Assembly: GCA_964372205.1 (NCBI GenBank) | Contig: CAYJQB010000001.1 | Span: forward strand, 551,699 to 615,698 | Length of the DNA stretch: 64,000 bases | Origin: Candidatus Woesearchaeota archaeon | GTDB lineage: Archaea; Nanobdellota; Nanobdellia; Pacearchaeales; GW2011-AR1 | Reading direction: 5' to 3' | Shown: piece by piece, positions 57,543 to 64,000 of the stretch | How the letters are laid out: every line of letters begins with the position of its first letter | Position numbering within the stretch: position 1 is the first letter of the stretch | The notes under the pieces: model-generated | Seen by the model: the letters and a program-made list of their open reading frames with translations, nothing else | Databases searched by the model: none | Told to the model about the DNA's origin: nothing | Made by a program: the position numbers and the translations under genes

Positions 57543-57588
57543 TAATCCTAGTCCCCGCATTTCTAATCTAATTCAGAATCTTTTATTA

Positions 57589-60500
57589 CTAGTATATCGA
57601 AATAATACCAGTAGTGCCCTCATCTATAGGAGCAATGTCAACCTTCTTCCCATCTAATTCATCCAAGATTTCTCTATTCTTATCAGAAATTGAATCGAAG
57701 AAGTTTATTTTATTTATAACAAGAGCCGTAGACACACTGCTTGTCCGGGCTACGGGTCCTTTTCTCACTCCACTCTCTCCCACAAAAACAGGGTTCTCAT
57801 TTGTCCCCTCAAGGTTCACCATATAGAAATCAGTAGCTTCATTGTTCCTATATATCACATAAACTTGTCTTCCTGACAGACTAGGATGCTCCTCCAATTT
57901 AAAGTAAAATTCGGGCTCTTGATTTACAACAGTATCATTGATGTCTTCTTCGACAACATTTTCATTTTCATCCCCAACCGTTTCAGGACTAGTTTCAGGA
58001 GGAGTGATTTTTTCAGCAACAGGAAGCTCTCTATAGACAATTATCTCTTTCACCATGGCTTCTATAAGTCTTACATTTGCCTTCTGATAATTAAGGAAGA
58101 ATCCTAAAAAGTTGTTTTCAATATCCTGGACAAGTCTATCAGCTTTAGTTCTATCATAGTTCTTCTCAAGCTCATCTTTCTGTTTCTCAAATTCATCTAT
58201 TTTACTTATAGATTCATCCTTCCCGTATATTTCTCCTCTTTCAATCAGGTAATCCTGTTGTCTTTCTTCTAGTTCACTTAAAGTAGCATTCTTCACAGCA
58301 ATATTGTTTGTAGTGATAGCATTATCTACGCTATTTTTATCAAGCCAGCACCTTGTCTGCTGATTTCCACAATATCCTACATCAACAAATCTGAATGCCT
58401 CTGTTCCAGCTCCAGGATTAGAAGTTGCACATATCCTTACAATACCTCTGTTATAGATTGCAGGATTTAATGCTTCTTCAGCCCCAGCTTGAATATTTGG
58501 ATTAAGCAACGCAGCTGGGTTTGTGCTTCCAGAAATACATTCTTCAGCTGACGTAACTGTTTGCTCTGTAAGACTTCCCTCAACCGCTTTGTCACTCAAA
58601 TAATCCAAGGCAAAGCTACTAGTCACTTGCTTAAATCCACACTCTTCTTTCCCGTTTATCATAACGCAAAGCTGTTGGTATCCCTCTGGAGCTGTGAAGT
58701 CCATACTCTCTGTTTTGAACTCTCCTCTGCCAATGAACCCAGAATCAACCTGTATTCTAGATGGCACAGAATAGAACTCTTCTTGAGGAGGGTCTTTCAA
58801 ATAAACGCTAAATGCCACTCCCTGATTCTCGCCAGCAAATATATGATAGAACACTTTGTACTGAGAAGTTGCTGGAACAGTCACATCCGTGAATGTTGTC
58901 GAACTAAACCAAGCATGGAACTGAGGAGGACTATCCGGAGCAACAAGAGTCTCAAAATCTGTAGGCACGCTTACTGAAACGAAAGCTCTACAGAACTCTG
59001 TTCCAGCTTCTTCGAGAGATCTCGCTTGGAATGCTTCAAATGAATTGACAGCATAAGTCTGTGTAAAGTAGTCTATAGACTCGTCGGTATTATCAAAAGC
59101 TGCTTGAACAGATGAGTACTCTCCTCCTCCTCGTACGCCTCTTCCAAATCCATTATAAGAGCCACTTACAAGTCTTGGCAATACCTCCTTAGCAACAGGA
59201 GTTATCTGTCTCCAGAAAAAGTCACACATGTAAACAGAGCTTATCTGATCGCAGATTCCAATTTGATTTCCAGTCTCCAAACTTTCAATAAGACATTGTT
59301 GATGAGACTCTAATATTGAAACATAGCCATCAATTCCAGATTTAATGCCTGTAAGGCATACGGGAATGATTACTCCTTCTCTGATATTAGGCAAACAAAG
59401 CAATGCACTTCCAACAATTCCTGTCTGTACAACATCTGCAACAGGCCATTCTCCTCCAAGATCACATCTACTTGCAGGACAAATTACAGGATCACAGACA
59501 TTGAATAACACCTGACAATCGCTGACACTCATAAAATCCTGACATTGTGGAGAGTCGTAATGAGAATATGTTGTGCTCTGGTCAAACACATCTCCAAATA
59601 TATTAACCAACTTATTCCCTCTCTGTGAATTTGCTTCTCTCAACGCAGTTCTAGACCTCTCAACCAATTTTTGAGATTGACTTTCCCCTAATCCAAGAAC
59701 TGGAATATTTGCAGCTGTCTGAGAGAATATTATCTGACACTCATCCCCAGTATCTACTCTTCCGTCAGTTCCAACATTGCATATCTGCCAACTGTTTACA
59801 GCTCCTGAACTATCATATGCAGGTATTTCCGTTCCAAGACTTACAACTCTAGCATACCACCCGTTATCTACATCAAAAGGCACAACAGCAGCCATTCCTT
59901 TATCAGGACCAGTGCCAAAATATCTCACAACTCTATCAGCCGGAGCTATCTGATTGCTAAATGAACCAGCTTCCTCTCTAAACCACCCCAATCTATTATC
60001 CTTCAGAAACTGTTCAGCTCCCTGAACTTCAGAATATCCTTCGACTTCTGTAAGTCTTATCTCATTAACAGGATTCCCTATCTCCTCATACTTGTACAAT
60101 GCTGTAGGATTTCTCATCTCCCCTTTGACAACCTCTCCAACAACTAAGAATGAATCAGCTCTTTCAGCAGAGTTCTCCCCCTCCCCCTCTACAACCACTC
60201 CTTCAACATAAACAGCTTTCTGTCCCTCTTGAAGATTTCCACCAGTTACCTTTATTCCGTCAAGATTTCCAGAACTGTACTCTAAGAACTTTCCTGCTTT
60301 TGCAACACCATAATCCCTTGTTGGAGCAACAATCCCATATTTCTTTAATCCGTTTGCATTTTCACTAGCAAGCCTATCATCATAAAACTCTTTATTGACT
60401 TCAATTCTATCTTTTACTCTATTGAGCTCCAAAGAAACATCAGCACCACTATTCTTTTCCAATTCAAGATTGTAAGCCAGCTCTCTCAAATCGTTCTGAG

Positions 60501-62799
60501 AGACATAGTTCTGTGCATTCTCTCCTTGTAAATACGAATTCACTTTTTCAGCACCGTATTTCTCCTTCATCTCAGAGATAAGTGCTTCATTATAATCTTC
60601 ATCATACACAACAACATCAGAATCTCCAGTACCCACATCATCTCCAGCGCTGTCTAAAATTTCTTCTGTGCTCTTCAAAGCATTTGTTCTTGCCTCAACC
60701 TCAGATTCTATCAGACTTCTTTCAGCATTGAAGCATTCCGTAAGAGTAGCATAATTTACATTTTTCTGGCTTCCATCCGGACGCGTAATGACTCCTGAAT
60801 TTATAGCATCTTGACATCTCGCCTTCCATCCTCCAGGTCCGTCCATAGCATCTCTTCTAGCTGTTGCAGTCCCATCAAGTCCTCCTAAGAAGTTTTTAGT
60901 TATCAAAGCTGCAGAGGTAGCTAAACAAGCTGCCTTCATCCCTTTTACAACATTCCCTAAACTATCAGATATTGAGTTCCACTTCTCAATTGACTTGTTC
61001 AAATTCTCTATTTTTTCAGTAGTCTTTTCAGGAGACAATTTTATAGCTCTTTTCTCTATACCTATTCTAAGATGAAGTGTTGTTTCCGTCTGAGTGTTCT
61101 TTGTCTCTGGTACTATCCTTACCACTGCAACAGGTTCAAAACCTTTTACCTCTTCAACAATTAAATTAACCCCTCTACATACTTCTTGCTCAAAATCTTC
61201 TGTCAATATAATATTTTTAGTCTGACTTCTTTTATCATCGTCACTCTTACAGTTTATGCTAACTTCAACTTCTCTCTCACTTATTACTTTTCTAAGATTA
61301 ATAGACTCAATTTCACCATTCTGGAAAGAAGTCTTTGTTCTGTCTTTATCAAGGTCCAAAGAGAATTTTTCTCCTCCATCTTCTCCAGCAATATTGAAAC
61401 TTGCACCAGCAGAGATTTCTGGACCTGCCTCAAAGTCTAATGCGCGTATAGTCCTATATCTATTATCTAAGAGAATAACATCCCCTGCTAGACTACTATC
61501 TACTGAATAAAGTCTTCTTAATTCAGATTGGTACCTTGCTATGTCCTTTGAATCTGGGTATAACTCTACAAATTTATTCAGAAGTCTTGCTTCAGTCTCA
61601 GGTTTCTTAGCCCTTATCCTTTCATCTTGCACTAGAGCAATTGCCTGCTTTAATGCAGTCTCCCCGTATATTTCTGCTCCTTCCTCAGGAGATCTCCTTT
61701 CAGCAGGATAGTCATCAGCAACAAGCTCATAGGATGCAATTGCTTCCTGAAAATCTTCTTCATAATCTCCTAAAGACTCATCCTGTAAAACACTAGTAGA
61801 ATTATCTCTTGCTCTTGACTGCAAAGTTATTGTTTGAGAACCACAACTCAATTCTACTATTCCAGTTCTTCCGTTCTCATCTACCTCTATTTCTCTGACA
61901 GAACATTTATCGTTCAAGAATCTGCTCCCCTCTGTGAGCCACTGAACATCAGAGCCCGTTTCATCACTTATCTCTATTTTTACTTTTTTCTCGTCAGCTT
62001 CAGAACCATCATAATAAACTCTTAATCCATTCTGACAATAACTTCCAGAAACGTAAACTAATTCACTCTCTCCCTTATTTACTGAGATTGTACTCTCTCT
62101 GAAATCTCCCTGATAGATGCTAAGTGCGACTCTTTCAGACTCAACATCTGTAAGTCTTATAGAATACCGCCCATTCCAGAAACTTTGTTTCTCTTTATCA
62201 AGCTCCCATTCTTCATCATTTTGTCTCTTCAGCTTGAAATCATATTTCCCTATCCCGAAAGCATTTCCTGCAACGTAGTCTATTTGAGCACTTAAATTTA
62301 CATCTACAAATTCAGGAAGCGACTCTTCATCCGCATTCTGTTTTAATACTACAACAGCATATCCAAGATTGCTTGCTACTGGATCCCCTAATAGAGTCTC
62401 TCTGCTCTTCAAAGCAGCTTGTGCAGGATGAAATCCAACTCCTGCGACTTCAGGAGGATACTGTCCTGTGAATCTTATATTCCTCAATCCTTTAATGTCT
62501 AACAAAGGATTAACGTTAAGTCCATGAATTTGACAGAACACTGGAACATTCTGTTCCGCAAGAAGGTCACTTCTGACAACAACTGGTTCACATCCCAATG
62601 GAGCTATATTCAATAAAATATCTTGTCTCTCATTACATTCAGAGGGGTTGTCCAATATCGGCCAGTATGTGTTAACATCAGAGCCATATAAAGATTTTAC
62701 ACTCGGATTGCTCTGATATTGGACTATCGTCGCTGTTGCAGCACTTACAGTTCCAATTAGAAGTATCCCTAAAATCAAAAAAATCATAAGTTTTTTCAT
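57589..62799 (-). CDS. giant secreted Cys-rich protein, 1736 aa, unknown function
   Basis: Signal peptide MKKLMIFLILG...VSA; many Cys clusters; internal coiled coil followed by a hydrophobic segment; GGAGGT upstream; ATGA overlap with the upstream gene. Confidence 0.85.
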   Translation of the reverse strand: MKKLMIFLILGILLIGTVSAATATIVQYQSNPSVKSLYGSDVNTYWPILDNPSECNERQDILLNIAPLGCEPVVVRSDLLAEQNVPVFCQIHGLNVNPLLDIKGLRNIRFTGQYPPEVAGVGFHPAQAALKSRETLLGDPVASNLGYAVVVLKQNADEESLPEFVDVNLSAQIDYVAGNAFGIGKYDFKLKRQNDEEWELDKEKQSFWNGRYSIRLTDVESERVALSIYQGDFRESTISVNKGESELVYVSGSYCQNGLRVYYDGSEADEKKVKIEISDETGSDVQWLTEGSRFLNDKCSVREIEVDENGRTGIVELSCGSQTITLQSRARDNSTSVLQDESLGDYEEDFQEAIASYELVADDYPAERRSPEEGAEIYGETALKQAIALVQDERIRAKKPETEARLLNKFVELYPDSKDIARYQSELRRLYSVDSSLAGDVILLDNRYRTIRALDFEAGPEISAGASFNIAGEDGGEKFSLDLDKDRTKTSFQNGEIESINLRKVISEREVEVSINCKSDDDKRSQTKNIILTEDFEQEVCRGVNLIVEEVKGFEPVAVVRIVPETKNTQTETTLHLRIGIEKRAIKLSPEKTTEKIENLNKSIEKWNSISDSLGNVVKGMKAACLATSAALITKNFLGGLDGTATARRDAMDGPGGWKARCQDAINSGVITRPDGSQKNVNYATLTECFNAERSLIESEVEARTNALKSTEEILDSAGDDVGTGDSDVVVYDEDYNEALISEMKEKYGAEKVNSYLQGENAQNYVSQNDLRELAYNLELEKNSGADVSLELNRVKDRIEVNKEFYDDRLASENANGLKKYGIVAPTRDYGVAKAGKFLEYSSGNLDGIKVTGGNLQEGQKAVYVEGVVVEGEGENSAERADSFLVVGEVVKGEMRNPTALYKYEEIGNPVNEIRLTEVEGYSEVQGAEQFLKDNRLGWFREEAGSFSNQIAPADRVVRYFGTGPDKGMAAVVPFDVDNGWYARVVSLGTEIPAYDSSGAVNSWQICNVGTDGRVDTGDECQIIFSQTAANIPVLGLGESQSQKLVERSRTALREANSQRGNKLVNIFGDVFDQSTTYSHYDSPQCQDFMSVSDCQVLFNVCDPVICPASRCDLGGEWPVADVVQTGIVGSALLCLPNIREGVIIPVCLTGIKSGIDGYVSILESHQQCLIESLETGNQIGICDQISSVYMCDFFWRQITPVAKEVLPRLVSGSYNGFGRGVRGGGEYSSVQAAFDNTDESIDYFTQTYAVNSFEAFQARSLEEAGTEFCRAFVSVSVPTDFETLVAPDSPPQFHAWFSSTTFTDVTVPATSQYKVFYHIFAGENQGVAFSVYLKDPPQEEFYSVPSRIQVDSGFIGRGEFKTESMDFTAPEGYQQLCVMINGKEECGFKQVTSSFALDYLSDKAVEGSLTEQTVTSAEECISGSTNPAALLNPNIQAGAEEALNPAIYNRGIVRICATSNPGAGTEAFRFVDVGYCGNQQTRCWLDKNSVDNAITTNNIAVKNATLSELEERQQDYLIERGEIYGKDESISKIDEFEKQKDELEKNYDRTKADRLVQDIENNFLGFFLNYQKANVRLIEAMVKEIIVYRELPVAEKITPPETSPETVGDENENVVEEDINDTVVNQEPEFYFKLEEHPSLSGRQVYVIYRNNEATDFYMVNLEGTNENPVFVGESGVRKGPVARTSSVSTALVINKINFFDSISDKNREILDELDGKKVDIAPIDEGTTGIISIY

Positions 62800-64000
62800 G
62801 TAAACGTTACCTCCAAATTTTCATTTTCAAAGTTGGCATAATTATACTGGAGCTGTTCAAGTGATGAGGGATTTGGAAATTCACTGGTTTCTACTAGAAC
62901 TCCTCCGTTTATCAATTCATCCTCAAAAATGTATATTTCTTGACTTCCCCCGCCTATCAATGCATGATCTAGTTTAGTCTCGGGAATTTCAAAGTCGTAA
63001 CAGACTTCTTCTTTTGCACCAAATAAACCTGAGATTCCACCTTTCAATACCTGTTGACATTGTTCCCGTGTCGATTTAGGTATGACTATATCCGAATTAC
63101 CATAAATGTAAGCCCTCACTATATAGCTCCCCTCTTTCAATTTGACTTTTGTGTCCTCTGGCCATATAGCAGTTTCAGTATTTGCATTCTCATCTTCAAA
63201 GTAAACAATTGCAGTTTCCCCATCCTTCAAAGTTCTGCTTCCAACAAGCAAATCTAGGTTAAGCTCATACTCTCTATCCATGACAACATCAACAACGCTT
63301 TCAGTATTAGAAGAGAATAATTGTCTTTTTTCGGCAAACCCTTCAGCATTCGCAACAATATAACCATTCAAACATGCAGGGGCACCAGACACTAAAGTTG
63401 CAGAGCTTCCACTCAAGATAGTCTTTCCAAGATTACATGAGCTAGTAAGGCATTGATATTCTATTTCTGCCTCAATAGGATTAAGATTCACATCGAAAGT
63501 ATTTACCTCTATTTCTCCAGAAGCAAATTCACAAGCATCGAATTCAACTTCTTCATCTTCTACAATGCTGATGGGACTTGCCTGTTTAGGTTGATTGTTA
63601 TCCAACACGACAACTAAGGGGAACTGGAAAAATTCAGTGCCATCACTCACTTGCACCATCACTGCGTAACTTACATCATAAATAAAATGATAAGGTACAT
63701 AACAAAAGCCCATAACCCCTAACCCTTGCTGATTTCCTATTGGTTCTGCTATCATGAAGGCTTCATTCGCAGGAGTTATCTCGACTTTACTTGGCCAACT
63801 CTTAGAGTAAATCAGCTGTACTGGATCATTCACCTCAACATCGACAACGAAATACTCATCCTCCTTAGAGTCAAGCCTGTAATAGTCTCCTTGGAATTTA
63901 ATCTTGGCTATGTTTGCTTCTAACCCAGTGTGCAACTCCTCAGCTACACTTTGTGTTTCCCAGATTTTAGGGTTGCACTGTATTTCAACGCCATCAACAG
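62796..64000 (-). CDS. partial extracellular-type protein, continues beyond the window
   Basis: Frame stays open from 63935 to the window end (VDGVEIQCNPKIWETQ...); translationally coupled to the 1736-aa gene. Confidence 0.75.
   Translation of the reverse strand, partial: VDGVEIQCNPKIWETQSVAEELHTGLEANIAKIKFQGDYYRLDSKEDEYFVVDVEVNDPVQLIYSKSWPSKVEITPANEAFMIAEPIGNQQGLGVMGFCYVPYHFIYDVSYAVMVQVSDGTEFFQFPLVVVLDNNQPKQASPISIVEDEEVEFDACEFASGEIEVNTFDVNLNPIEAEIEYQCLTSSCNLGKTILSGSSATLVSGAPACLNGYIVANAEGFAEKRQLFSSNTESVVDVVMDREYELNLDLLVGSRTLKDGETAIVYFEDENANTETAIWPEDTKVKLKEGSYIVRAYIYGNSDIVIPKSTREQCQQVLKGGISGLFGAKEEVCYDFEIPETKLDHALIGGGSQEIYIFEDELINGGVLVETSEFPNPSSLEQLQYNYANFENENLEVTFT

Larger units (their letters stand above)
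57458..57560 (+). repeat. 17-bp direct repeat of the tRNA-Leu 3' end flanking a 69-bp insert
   Basis: aatcctagtccccgcat at 57458-57474 and 57544-57560. Confidence 0.95.

Noticed and set aside
215-63923. Many short antisense or overlapping ORFs in the track (e.g. 215-535, 4920-5486, 23066-23425, 29985-30308)
   Set aside because: They are shadows of well-supported genes on the opposite strand or frame, with no motifs
1-64000. rRNA, SRP or RNase P RNA, transposase, integrase, reverse transcriptase
   Set aside because: No recognisable sequence or ORF for any of these; an Infernal/HMM scan would be needed to exclude divergent ncRNAs

Overview
64 kb of an AT-rich, gene-dense archaeal chromosome. 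Gene content (TBP, TFB, TFE, RadB, NreA, GatDE, archaeal ProRS/LeuRS/TrpRS, short AlaRS, ~170-aa EndA, reduced metabolism, large secreted surface proteins) suggests a DPANN lineage, probably Pacearchaeota-like; this is inference, no database search was run. Most of the window is housekeeping: five aminoacyl-tRNA synthetases, GatD/GatE, five intronless tRNAs, transcription factors, DNA ligase and peptide catabolism. Two things stand out. (1) A ~30-35-bp dispersed mini-element occurs three times, always ending in GTTGTA. One copy sits in-frame at the 5' end of radB between perfect 25-bp direct repeats, one sits behind tRNA-Leu between 17-bp duplications of the tRNA 3' end, and one lies in an unusually long tRNA-Leu leader ending at the mature 5' end. 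No transposase, integrase, reverse transcriptase or Cas gene is visible in the window. (2) A compact island at 33.66-36.56 kb encodes a zinc-ribbon micro-protein, two divergent HhH-GPD glycosylase-fold proteins and a PD-(D/E)xK nuclease, a candidate modified-DNA defence or DNA-modification module. Other oddities include an orphan HPr, a GlyRS with an extra N-terminal domain, a GatE without its insertion domain, and modular surface proteins. No CRISPR array or rRNA was found. All product calls rest on motif recognition by eye.
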